In this document: positions 10,854-22,357 of the stretch, one piece after another
How positions within the stretch are numbered: the stretch's first letter is position 1
How the letters are laid out: every line of letters begins with the position of its first letter
Made by a program: the position numbers and the translations under genes
Notes under the pieces: model-generated
What the model saw: only the letters and a program-made list of their open reading frames with translations
Told to the model about the DNA's origin: nothing
Databases searched by the model: none
NCBI GenBank assembly: GCA_905250025.1
Contig: CAJNOJ010000205.1
Span: forward strand, 17,730 to 80,291
Direction: 5' to 3'
Length of the DNA: 62,562 nucleotides
Origin: Adineta ricciae
Lineage: Eukaryota

Positions 10854-13800
10854 TTGTATAAACAAATCCTGAATTTTAACATGGCATTGTCTTCTACATG
10901 GACGGACCGAATAGCTAAACTTAGTGGAAATAAAACTCTGAAATCAAGAACATGTAAAGTGTTCGTGAAACATCCAGAAAGAGATATATGTCAATGTGGT
11001 CGTCTAAAGCCGAGCCATAGTTATGAAACACTTGATATGAAAACTCTAGCTGAACCAACCGATCAAACCAGAGAATGGAATGAATTTCCAGACACAGCCG
11101 CCGTTCCTATCAACGTCTATGGTCAATTATCGTCCAATGGACCGAAATTTGTTCGTTGTGACAATCGAACGAAGCCGGTAGATTTATATAATTTAATTCT
11201 CGACGACTGTAACAATCAAAAACCAAATCTGTTAATAAGTGCCTATGGCGGTGCAAAATTTTTCACCCTAAGTGAACGTATAGAGAAAGATTTTGTTACT
11301 GGTATTATTGATTTAGCAACAAGAGCAGGTAGGGAAGAGTATCATACACAAAAGTCGAGATACGAGCTTTGAGTTTCTCTTTCAAAGATGCATGGATTCT
11401 GACAGCAGGTGTAAATAATGGCGTTGCAAATCTGATTGGTGAAGGTATTTCGCAATATCGAGTACTGAAACAACATCCGAAATCGATTATATGTATTGGT
11501 CTGACGCAATGGGGTAGTCTGACTGAACGGACACGACTAGAATTGAAACAAACGACTCCAGTAAACATTGCGAATTGGTAGTATTTTCTATTAGCTATTT
11601 TATTTACAGAATTACCCTGAACAGCTGACATATATTAGACAAGCTGAGTCAAAGCTGGAAGTTGATAGTGAAGATCTGGAACTAAATCATACACATTACA
11701 TTATATTAGACAACGGTCAGTTGCGTGGTCATCTCAGTGACACGCCGCGCCAAAAATTCGTCAGTCAAGCGACGCAAGATGGCAGCTGTAAGTATTGTAA
11801 AATATATTCTATCATCTATACATGTCGCGTGTTTAGGTTATGGGATCACGATTATCGTGGAAGGAGGTGCTAACACTTTAGAAGTCATTCAAAATGATCT
11901 TGACGCGAAACGGCCTGTTGTTTTAATCCAAGTACGTGTCTAGATGATTTCGTATTGACTGAATTAACGCGAAATATTCGTCTAGAAAAGTGGTCGAATA
12001 TCGGATGTGCTGGCGAGTTTGATACAGTTGACGTCAAGTGCTGATCGGACTAAGTCTAGGTATGATTCTTTCTACATATCTATTCGAAGGTGTATCTGCT
12101 TTGTTTAGAGAACCGATTCAGGCAGAAGTCGAAGAACATCTTGATAAATATTTTACTGCGTTGAAAGGAGATATAGATCGAACGACTCGTATCAAACAGA
12201 TTCTTGAAATTATGAAAACCACGAATCGGTACTTATTACATGTCTATCAGCTCGATGGAGAAAAAAGTATGTCGGAGACTATGTTTCAAGCTATTTTCTC
12301 AGGTACAAAAATGAGTGACTCTGTACTTTCACATACTAATCATCTATTGAATCGCTTTAGCTTATAAAGACAATCCTGACGATGCTAAACGTGAACGCCT
12401 GCTTGATCTATCGATTCGATGGAATTTTCTAGATGGTGCTAAACAATTACTCGAAGTAAATAACACACGGAGAGAAAAAAGTGGCCAAACAAAGGTAGAA
12501 AATGTATAGTTCTCTCGGTCGTATTCCAGCTTTCTGTTATGTAGGATAAACCATTGTTAGGGAAACTGTTCAAACAAGCGTTAGAACAGAATCGACCATC
12601 TTTCGTCGACTATTTTCTTCGCTGTGGTTACGACCCAAGAGATCTACCAAGTGTCATGAGTCAAACGTCCTCGGAAGAGGAATCTGCGTTCATCAATGTA
12701 GATACAGCAAACAAATGTCAAAAATTTGTTCTGAGTTTATACAATCATATAAAAAAACATGCGTACGAAGTAAGCACTGTCCGAGATACTTGAATAATGT
12801 AGTGAACGAATGGTTTGCTGGCTTTAGCATCATAATAAAGAGTCGATTAAGTTATTTTATGGTCCGAGAAACGAGTTGAACGATGTTGAGTCATTAAATC
12901 GAAGACTTAGGCGATGGTTGGGTTCCTATGTCGATGCGGTGTACGTTACTAAGCCAAAAACATTACTACCGATTCCAATGACTCGACAATTATTTATTAA
13001 ATATTTCAATAATCAAGTTGCAGCTGAGAACGGAGATGCAATTGTGCAGTTTCATGATGGAACTTCGAAAATCAGACATAGTATTGACCATATTGCGACA
13101 GTCGGCATCACTCCCGACAACGTTGTAGATAGCAAAACGGATTTGAATTATTCTCAACAAGAGATGCTCAGAGATTTGTTCCTTTGGTCTGTATTTATGG
13201 ATCTTTCATTAATGTCGAAAACAATTCTCATTCATATGCAAGAACGAATTTGTGCTTCATTAATTGCTGCGAAAGTTTTCAAAGCGTACGCCGATGAAAC
13301 ACCAATTACTGATTTGAGAGATCGATTGAATCGACAAGTGGTCGAATTCGAAAATTACTCAGCAAAGTGTGTCGATACATGCTACGAAGTTAGCGAACCA
13401 CTCGCTTGCCAGTTGTTGATGAGAGCCGTTCCAAGCTTTGGCAATGTTACATGCATGCAAGTGAGTACATTCTATTCGACAAACGATTGGACAACGGTAG
13501 GGTAAACATAGGTTGCAATATCCGGTGAAAACGCGAAATTTTTGGAAACAGCATGTTTCGATCATGTTCTCAATCAAATTTGGTATTATAAATTGGCTCT
13601 TTCAACCAAATCTCTCGTATCGAAGGTTCGATTGTTCGGCAGTATACTTACACTTGGTTTGCCTGCACCGTATCTTCTCGAATATCGATCGAAGGAAGAT
13701 TGTTATTCAAGTGTAAGTGACGGAGGATCATTAGGTAATCTGTACTTTCTACTGTCTGCTATAGGAAATATTAACGGAAGAGGAGAAAAATGCAAAGTAA

Positions 13801-15543
13801 ATTGAGAACGAATGATCATTGGATAATCTTGAAGAATCGATTTCGTTTAGATTATCTGAAGATGGCATCATTTACGATATTTATGATGATCAGCCTAGTT
13901 TCCTGCAGAAATTTACTAGTTTCCATCAAACTCCCGTTGTTAAAATGTGCTACCATGTTGTAAGTGCGAAATAGTTTCACAAAATAGCGCTATATCATAT
14001 TTCCCTCATTATTCAGATATCGTACATTCTCTTTCTGCTAATATTCAGCTACATGATGCTTTATCATTTCGATTCACTTGCTGTTACTAATGGAACACTC
14101 CATTGGACTGAATATGCAGTGATTATTGTTGTTACAACTATGTTTTTGGAAGAAATACGACAGGTAGATACATAGAGTCGAAATATATTCTAGTTTGAAG
14201 TGTTGTTTGTATAGATTGTTCATGATTTACATACAAAGATGCTTGAAAAATGGAATACGACCACTCATTTGGTTCTAACCAAGTTAGCCAATCCATTCTA
14301 TGCGCTTCCATTTCTTCTTTTCTACCTGGGAATCTTGTTACGCTATGCATTTGGTAATGCATCGAGTGTATTGTCAGCCGCGCGTATTCTCATGGCATTC
14401 GACTTGGAACTGTGGTATCTTCGTTCACTAAAATTTGTTATTGCACTCAAATTTCTTGGACCAAAACTTTTCATGCTTAGAAATATGGTAAGACAAATAT
14501 GAAATCATTATTGACTGATTTAATCGTTGTTTCAGTTACGAGACTTAGCTGCATTTGTCTACATGATATTCATTGCGATTGCTGCGTATGGTGTTGTTTC
14601 TCGTGCGTTGTTTATGTATAAACAAGTACCATTTACAGGGCGTGGAATATTCGAAAATATATTCTATCCGCCATATTGGTTTATCTATGGGAATCCAAAT
14701 GATACGACAACATTAGATAGTAAGAATATCTTCATAGATTCATCTTTCTCTGTCGTGTATTTGATTTTTAGATATCATACATGATGGAAATAGTTCATTT
14801 ATCGCCGAAGCAACTGCTACACATGTCCTGCTAGCTTTCCATATGTTATTTATTAATATTTTGTTGCTCAATCTGCTCATCGCTGTTTTCACGTGATACA
14901 GAGCTCTGTTTTTCTTTTCGATTTGATGACGAAGATTTCTTCTTTATAGCCGTACGATTGACGAAGTTCAAGAACATACGGAATTCTACTGGCGTTTTCA
15001 ACGTTACTCATTCGTACGTGAATATTTCGAACGTCCATGGTTAGCATATCCGCCATTGATAATTATTCCACATTTGTGGATTGTGGGTCGTGCATTGTGG
15101 AAGAAATGTTGTTCTTCGAAGCACTACGATGCTCGAACGGAACATCATTCTGTTACAACACCGATATTCAGTGAGAAAATCGAATTTAACCATCGAATTC
15201 GAGGGTAATCTGTATTCGAACTTTTAGAAATGATCCCATTAAATCGTAAGATATTCCACGAACGATGGGATAAATTCGAGAATGCCGCAACGTATAGCTA
15301 TGCTCGATCTGTCATCAATTTTGAGAATACGAGCAACTCGAATCAACAGAGAAAATCAGCAGAATCGTTCGTAGAAATACTGTGTGAACGCATTTATGAA
15401 TTCTTCTTCTATTGTTTTTAAGGACAACTACAGTACAAACACACGAAGATATGCAAAGACAAATAAATGAAATTACCATCGCACTCAAGCGTCTTACAGA
15501 ATCATTAGTACGATCGGACGCCAATGCTCAATCAATATCGTGA
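10854..15543 (+). CDS. TRPM (melastatin-type TRP) cation channel, multi-exon with about 45-60 bp introns
   Basis: Exon 1 (10854..about 11330) encodes the TRPM N-terminal homology region (…CQCGRLKPSHSYE…PNLLISAYGGAKFFTLSERIEKDFVTGIIDLATRA). The next exon continues DAWILTAGVNNGVANLIGEGI, matching the conserved TRPM AWIFTGGVNTGV block. Introns 11331-11383 (gtaggg…ttcaaag) and 11579-11624 (gtagta…tttacag) were verified by frame. Later exons encode CYGITIIVEGGANTLEV, the pore/S6 region (HVLLAFHMLFINILLLNLLIAVFT) and a TRP-box region (FYWRFQRYSFVREYFERPWLAYPPLIIIPH). A coiled-coil tail ends at the TGA at 15541-15543. Not all internal exon boundaries were resolved. Confidence 0.75.
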
Positions 15544-15551
15544 ACATAAAA

Positions 15552-17594
15552 TTATTTAGGGAGAAGGTTTTGTAAATACCATTGATATCCATCCTCATAA
15601 TTTTGGTTATAAAAATGTAATAAACAATCAAGAAAATCATCGACGAACATACTATTAGACGATTGATTGCAACTGACCACAGGTAATCTACCTAAGTATG
15701 TGCAAGACCAATTGCTTGTGTATCGAAAGAACGAACACATCAGAGGTATACAACCGGACCCTGACCAACTACATGGCACGCGACCAACAATATGGTTGAG
15801 TTGCAACATATTCTTAGTTTGTTTCACTTGTTTGACTGTGATCGGAATCACTTTTCTAGCGATAGTTTTGATGTAGTTCGATATTGCAGTGCTGTGTGTA
15901 TTGAAATTTTCTTTGACGAGAAACTGATAAACAGCATTGCCTAATGCGTATTGTTCGATGCAGAAAGCTGAACCGGGAAACGATGGATTCGGATCTTGAT
16001 AAACTGAGAAAGGCTGCGGTTCAATCCATTTAATCCATGCTTGTTTCCACAGGGAGAAGAACGAAGAGATGACAGTTGATTTGAATCCCATAAAACAAGC
16101 TTGTGGTATCATTGCTAACGGATGCTGTTCACACCATTTCTTCATGAAATTGGTATCGTACATAACATGGTCAAGAATAAAGTAGAACATTTGTGAAGAT
16201 GAACGAAAATCATGTAAACTGGATGTCATATTATTGTAAATGACCGTATCGGAATCCATCCAGTAGATTTCTTCGAATCCATCATAAGAAAATTTGATAA
16301 TATCAAGTTTATACTGTGTTAAATTCCAGTCTTTTAGAATTGGTGAACTTGAAATTGATTTACATAAAATTCGGTAATGGTATTGTCGACCAATGTTATT
16401 CAAAACTAAGGATTTCGTATCTTCATTCATCACTAACAGTCCAACCATAACATTTGGTGTCGATGCTAAGAAAGAATTTATTGAATTGATTGTCATTGTT
16501 GTATATCGTTCAGTACCATCGGCAAAAAAGCAGACAATCGTTGATGGGACTTTATAAAGTTTCGAACAATTTTCAAAAGCAAATGTGTATAAGCCAGAAA
16601 TCATATATTTCGATAATTCATCATTAAGATTTCCTTTCGGATTTTGCGTCAGGGATTTAACTAGCCAACGTTGTAAAGCCGCATGCAACATTGCTTGATT
16701 TGATATAACAAGACCAGTATGATCGAGAATATCTGTTAGAACATCGAGAGGAAGTTTTAAAAAGTCTGCCTGATGGCAAACATAGAGAAAATATTTCGCC
16801 GCAGCCTCAATGCATTGCTTGCGTATGGTCGCCCAGTTATGGGAGAGATACTTCTCTAAGAATAATAAACGTAAGCAATTATTTGCATCGATATCATTTG
16901 CAAGAGAATTCAGCAAAACTTTGTATAAGGATAGAATTTGATACATGTCAGCAATTTCTAATAGCGATTCTAATTGGTCAAAGGTGAGTTTTGCGACGTC
17001 CATCACGCCAGTGTAAAGATACTTTAAGATATCTGGGAATACTTGAACATCGTTGACTTGTAATGATATAGTTTTGCTGGTAGATTCCGTCATACCACTC
17101 TGAAACATGGCTGCGAAATAATCGGAACCAGCTGCTAGAATCGCTCGATGTGCTTTGTAACGATTCACATCATTGACAATCAATTCCACATCGAACATCA
17201 GATGATCAGTGTAGAGAATCATACCAACGTCATGGTAACGGGTTCGTCCATTTTGTGTAATTGTCTCTTGTGCATCGTATCGGTCGAGAATCAGTTGCAT
17301 GAAATCTTCTCTATCAAGAACATTATTATCTTTATTTTTTCTTTCATTTGGATTCAAACACCAATGTTTGTTATTGATTTTATATTTATATTCGTAGGAA
17401 TCGGGTACGAGTTGTATGACTTCACTGAAAACAGATTCTTCTGCGTTTCTTTGATAAGCATATGTCAGTATTGCAATAGGTTCTGTCCAACTCGTCTTTG
17501 AAAATGAACCGTACAGTTCGATACGATCGGATCTCGATTTTGCACAAAATTGAAATGTAACAGGATACTTTCGTTGTCTCCAACACTGAGCCAT
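15552..17594 (-). CDS. Single-ORF multidomain protein: CBM48/AMPK-beta-like glycogen-binding module + BTB/POZ + BACK + C-terminal GT-A-fold glycosyltransferase-like domain (680 aa)
   Basis: The N-terminus VTFQFCAKSRSDRIELYGSFSKTSWTEPIAIL…EYKYKINNKHWCLNP fits CBM48/AMPK1_CBM. The BTB is YHDVGMILYTDHLMFDVELIVNDVNRYKAHRAILAAGSDYFAAMFQSG…ISLQVNDVQVFPDILKYLYTG, followed by a BACK-like helical region. The C-terminus has a GT-A-like layout with a DxD-like YWMDSDTVIYNNM. The stop lies 9 bp from the TRPM stop on the other strand. Confidence 0.8.
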   Translation of the reverse strand: MAQCWRQRKYPVTFQFCAKSRSDRIELYGSFSKTSWTEPIAILTYAYQRNAEESVFSEVIQLVPDSYEYKYKINNKHWCLNPNERKNKDNNVLDREDFMQLILDRYDAQETITQNGRTRYHDVGMILYTDHLMFDVELIVNDVNRYKAHRAILAAGSDYFAAMFQSGMTESTSKTISLQVNDVQVFPDILKYLYTGVMDVAKLTFDQLESLLEIADMYQILSLYKVLLNSLANDIDANNCLRLLFLEKYLSHNWATIRKQCIEAAAKYFLYVCHQADFLKLPLDVLTDILDHTGLVISNQAMLHAALQRWLVKSLTQNPKGNLNDELSKYMISGLYTFAFENCSKLYKVPSTIVCFFADGTERYTTMTINSINSFLASTPNVMVGLLVMNEDTKSLVLNNIGRQYHYRILCKSISSSPILKDWNLTQYKLDIIKFSYDGFEEIYWMDSDTVIYNNMTSSLHDFRSSSQMFYFILDHVMYDTNFMKKWCEQHPLAMIPQACFMGFKSTVISSFFSLWKQAWIKWIEPQPFSVYQDPNPSFPGSAFCIEQYALGNAVYQFLVKENFNTHSTAISNYIKTIARKVIPITVKQVKQTKNMLQLNHIVGRVPCSWSGSGCIPLMCSFFRYTSNWSCTYLGRLPVVSCNQSSNSMFVDDFLDCLLHFYNQNYEDGYQWYLQNLLPK

Positions 17595-17791
17595 AGTTTG
17601 AATCGAATGAAATGCGCTTTATTATGGAAAAGTATATATTTACTTTACTCCTTTTCTTACTTGTTCTGTCTGTCGAAAGTAACAACGATGAATATCAGTA
17701 GCACATGTAGGAAGAACAAAAAAAAACGAAAAATCGAAAACAGTTGTGTAAATAACAATTTCTTTGACTATAGATAGACATTTGACAAAAC

Positions 17792-18891
17792 CTATTCAGG
17801 TATGATTACACATCGATAGTAAACAGATCCGTGTGATGGTATTGTTTTTGGATCGTCATAGACATAGTTTGATTCCATTGCCATAAATACATGTATCTCA
17901 TCATAGCTCGATTGGAGGAAGGCATCAGCATCACCTCCAGTTGGAACATGTTTATACGAAGAATACCTTAACAGAGCATAGAAGTTGCCCACTGACAAGC
18001 CGCTGACAGTGACAGTTCCGTTCATCTCTCGCGGTTCAAGGAAAAAATATGGTACTGGTTCATCACATGCCGAAACAGATAAATGAACTGGTAATGTTAC
18101 TCCATCCTTATCGATGATCCCCGTGATAGCAATACCATAATCGACCTATAATATCATGTAGACAGGAATAAACTGCATAATGAGAAAATTCTTACATTCA
18201 GTGGTAAACATCCGTCGTCAGCATCTTCTTTATCAGCAATACTTGCTCGTGTTGCTGCAAATTCTTTTTCGTTTAAACCCTTTTCGATTTGTTGAAGTTC
18301 GTATAAATCATAGTAGATGAGTTTATCATGATCCGGATCATGCTCATCTTCATTTTCATATTTTATGCCAACTGCAGGAACAATATGATCATAATCGTCA
18401 CAATCGTCGTCAGGAAGAAAGATGCCAAATACGACCGGATGTCCTTGTAGAATTGATCGTTTCATCCACTGGCAAAATTGACGGAATTGTGGTTGAGGAG
18501 AGTCCTTCCAATTCCATTCGTCATATGTCAGATGAAGTTGTGTCAAAGTTTGCAATGGATTTCGACGATCTCCGGACGATACTGGTTGCAAGAGATATTC
18601 ACCTTTATTAATTTTACGGATCAGACCTTGAGAAATCCAAGCACCGTACTTGAGAGCTAGTGATATATGATAATGCGATAAAAGAAAGAGTAACCTTCAT
18701 TTGTGATATTTACCGATCGATTGAATGGATACTTCGCCACAGAAACCATTTCCATGTTTCCATTGTAAACGTGGTGGAATACTGAGTAAAACAGTTGTTG
18801 TGGACATGTCTGTTTTTGTTTTTACCGTAGTTCGATGTCGATGTGCTCGAATATGCGGCATTATATACAGGTAGAGTTTTACAAATGTCAA
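17792..18891 (-). CDS. Hypothetical protein in at least 3 exons; function unknown
   Basis: Co-oriented minus-strand ORF segments 18697..18891 (MTFVKLY…WKHGNGFCGEVSIQSIGKYHK), 18154..18591 and 17792..18025. The gaps are about 100-130 bp, consistent with the short-intron style seen elsewhere. Acidic stretch DDDCDDYDHIVPAVGIKYENEDEHDPDHD. No confident family assignment. Confidence 0.4.
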
Positions 18892-19368
18892 TAATGCACC
18901 TCCTTACAAGACATCAATTGCGTAAGATATCCTAAAAATGACTTTGATGGATTCTTCCTTTCCGACATAAGTAAGAATATTACCTTGGCATGCACGTTAC
19001 GACATTATGTTTTTCCTTCTTTCTCTCTCTTCCACGCTTAACATCTATCATGGACGACAACATGTTTTTTTCTTTTCGTCTTCATGCAAACATGAAAAAC
19101 ACAAATATACTATTTTGCTTGCCTTATCAATCGTTCGTTCTCTCGTATACCACTCGGTTCTAATTGCACTACTGCTCTCAGTCAAAACTATGCAAATTTC
19201 ATTGCAAACTATAGATAACATGAACTACGCTGTTTACAAACATTGAAGATTAATTGTTCGATACTGACTGACAAGATATAGTCAATTTAATTATCGAGTA
19301 TTCTGAGAGCATGAAGACAACGTTACACAAAGCATACATGAATATCTATCTATAAGTTTATCGTGAGT

Positions 19369-20652
19369 CTATTGTGCTTCATTCCGGCTGTTTGGATTCA
19401 CTCGTCTCATTTTCCATTTTCGTATGCAATATGTCACCAACTTAACTGTCAAAGGTACAGTCAATTTTAACACTGTTGCTAAACCACCAACTAATCCAAT
19501 CAATGTTGTTACTATGTAAATAGGAGCATTTTGCGTCTCATAACTATAAACACATTCTACTGGTTGACATTGCTCATAATAAATTTCATGCATTGTATTG
19601 ATATTCCATTGTTCGATCATCAAGTTTTTCAGAAGATCGTTTACTGTTGAATTTATGCGATAGTTGCTTGATAATGAAATATTCAAAGGTGTTATGTTCG
19701 ATGGACGTTTGTCCGACATGTAGAATTGAATAGTGTCGATACAATTCTGATCATAAAGACACTCTAGTGTTGATTTGAGTAGTGCTTCAACTGTATAGCA
19801 CCCGACATTGAAACCAGGTATCAAAAGCGACGGCAAATTGGTAGAATTATCCCAAATGTAAGTCGATTCTGTACATTGAGCCGAGTGAGCGCAACTGCAA
19901 TTGCCATAGGTACGCTGCGCCGTACTAACTGAAGATCCGTCTGGTCCGGTAAAAAGGTCATGACTTGACAAAGTTCCTGATGTAAGAGAGTTGCTTTGAG
20001 TCGTTTCGCGTATCATCGAAATAGACGACAGAAAATCATTGATTGTGAAGAGTTTAAACTCAGTAATCAATGCTTGAATTTGTAATTGAAACACCTTATA
20101 AAGTGTGACAGATGATCTAATATATTGACTTGAATAAAATTGACTTAGAGCATTCGAAATCGCCTGATTGCTCAACGTGCAGAAGTCATTGAGTGTACGA
20201 AATCTGTATATGAAGCTCATTCGGAAGTCATTTGGATTGATGGATGTCGGATCAGCTTTAGGTATAGAATTAATCCATTGTTCAGATACGAAAATACTTG
20301 TACAGATTTGATGAAATGTGTAATTAACATCAAGAATCGCTTTGTAGCTAATTGAGACTTGTTTACATGGACAGGATAATGTTTGAGAATATGAAGAGTT
20401 GAGACGAGCATACTCTTCATAGGAAGGTACTGGCACGTGGACTGTCTTCGTGATTTTCACAACAGATGTGTAGAGAAGAAGAATGGCCAAAGATAGAATG
20501 AAGAGAATAAGAAATAATCGGGTGGAAATGATTTGATTGCGAAGCTTGTACTGATCCGTTGAAGGTGGAATCGACGGAAACAGATTAAAGTTTTGTAACG
20601 AGTATTTTAACTTTTCATACAACATATTGACTCGTTCACGAGTAGTTAACAC
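19369..20652 (-). CDS. Type-II/bitopic membrane protein with a Cys-rich ectodomain (427 aa), member of a tandem paralog pair
   Basis: 427-aa ORF with N-terminal [22 protein letters not shown] and C-terminal TM YIVTTLIGLVGGLATVLKLTVPLTVKLV. Conserved cysteines (SCPCKQ…, CSCAHSAQC). It is the upstream paralog of 20745..22082. Confidence 0.7.
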   Translation of the reverse strand: MLTTRERVNMLYEKLKYSLQNFNLFPSIPPSTDQYKLRNQIISTRLFLILFILSLAILLLYTSVVKITKTVHVPVPSYEEYARLNSSYSQTLSCPCKQVSISYKAILDVNYTFHQICTSIFVSEQWINSIPKADPTSINPNDFRMSFIYRFRTLNDFCTLSNQAISNALSQFYSSQYIRSSVTLYKVFQLQIQALITEFKLFTINDFLSSISMIRETTQSNSLTSGTLSSHDLFTGPDGSSVSTAQRTYGNCSCAHSAQCTESTYIWDNSTNLPSLLIPGFNVGCYTVEALLKSTLECLYDQNCIDTIQFYMSDKRPSNITPLNISLSSNYRINSTVNDLLKNLMIEQWNINTMHEIYYEQCQPVECVYSYETQNAPIYIVTTLIGLVGGLATVLKLTVPLTVKLVTYCIRKWKMRRVNPNSRNEAQ

Positions 20653-20744
20653 TGCAAACGTAGAAAAAAAAACTATATTGTATTTCTGGAATGTACGTCA
20701 GTGTTTTATGTAACACGGTACAATTGATTCTGTTACTCACCATT

Positions 20745-22082
20745 GGATAAGTTTTGTTGTCGCTTTTTTCGCCTTATTAGCTTCACAACGAATGGTACCA
20801 GGATCCTCAGACCTGTTGATAGACCGCCAATTAACCCAATCAACGTTGTAATGATGTAAAGTAAATCATTTCTTGTCTGATAACTATAAGTGCATTCTGA
20901 AAGGTGACATCGTCGATACTAATCTTCATGCTTGACGAACGAATTCCACTGTTCGATCATTAAGTTTCGGAGAATGTCATTGAAGGTAGTGTTGACTGAG
21001 TAGCTACTGGGAAGTGATGAATTCAGAGCTGTTACTGTGATTGGTGGAGAATATGTCACATACGATATAACTGTGTCGATACAATTTTGATCATAAAAGC
21101 ACTGAAGTGTTGATTGAAGTAATGATTCGATTACGTAGCATCCGATGTAGAAATTCGGTACTGTAAATAGAGGCATAGAGACTGGATAAATGTAAATAGA
21201 AGATTGTCGGACACAAGTACTTGAAGTTGAACAAATGCAACGATTATCAAATCGGGACAAAGATATTACTAAAGAATTTGTAAATCGATCGATATATATT
21301 GAGTAACCGATGAGAAAGTTCGAAAGCAAAGCATTGCCTTGAGTTGTTTCTCGAACCATAGTAAGCGATGACCAAAAGCCATTAATTATTGACAATCGAA
21401 ATTGATCGATTAACGCTTGAACCTGATATTGGAACACATCATAGAGTATGACAGAAGCGGTAACAAATTGATTCGAATAGAATCGATTCAGACTATCCGA
21501 CATTGTCTGATCAATCAAGTTACAGAAGCTTTTGATGGCTTGTAATGCAGAAGGGAGTGTGTTTCGAAAATCATACGCAAAAAGGTCAATGCTTCCAACT
21601 ATTACTGTAGGAGACAAAAATTCAAACCATTCATCCGACAGGAAAAAACTTGTACAAAATTGATGTAATGTATAATTGACATGAAGGATGTCTCTGTAAT
21701 CAATCGAGATATTTTGACATGGACAGGATAATGTTTGAGAATATGAAGAATTGAGACGAGCATACTCTTCATAGGAAGGTACTGGCACGTGGACTGTCTT
21801 CGTGATTTTCACAACGGATGTGTAGAGAAGAAGAATGGCCAAAGATAGAATGAAGAGAACAAGAAATAATCGGGTGGAAATGATTTCATTTCGAAATTGA
21901 TGTGCATCTGTAACGGATTCCATGGACGGGAACAGATTGAGATTTTGTAGATATGTTTTGAGTTTGTCCCATAATCGATGCATCTTGTGGGAAAGTTGGT
22001 AATCAGGCACGCGTATCTGTCCTTTTGAAAAAATGATGGTTATGCAGTAAAAGTTATTTCTCTTCAAGGACGGCATTAACAT
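20745..22082 (-). CDS. Tandem paralog of 19369..20652, with an in-frame TAG near 20916-20918 that makes it a possible pseudogene
   Basis: 387-aa ORF 20919..22082. The same frame continues after one TAG (…[60 protein letters not shown]), reproducing the paralog's C-terminal TM helix. About 180 bp (21720-21900) is about 97% identical to 20400-20580 of the neighbour. Confidence 0.5.
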
Positions 22083-22357
22083 ACGGCTCTCTAATTTTTA
22101 AGATTATTTCTTTTCTTCACATTTTAGTTGAAACGTTAATTACAGTCAATATCCGGGGAAAATAATTTGTCATATTTTATGTATATACTCAAAGCAATAT
22201 CAGTAGTCTTTCTCTTTCCTGTTTCCATAAAAACGAACCGTCTTCGGTATTGCAATTAAAACAAGGAAATCAAGGTTTGAACAAGTCTTTATTGTTTGTT
22301 TGTTACGGATAAAATGCATAGGAGATACATGCAGTCTTTCTTTTTATTTCACAGCGT

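Noticed and set aside
17148-17501. A 117-aa plus-strand ORF, and similar 60-120-aa ORFs lying antisense inside large genes (for example 3268..3501, 5814..6213, 44883..45083, 57478..57780, 49715..50059).
   Set aside because: They lie wholly inside long conserved-domain ORFs on the other strand, have no domain content, and their AT-rich low-complexity translations are the usual shadow ORFs of AT-rich coding DNA.
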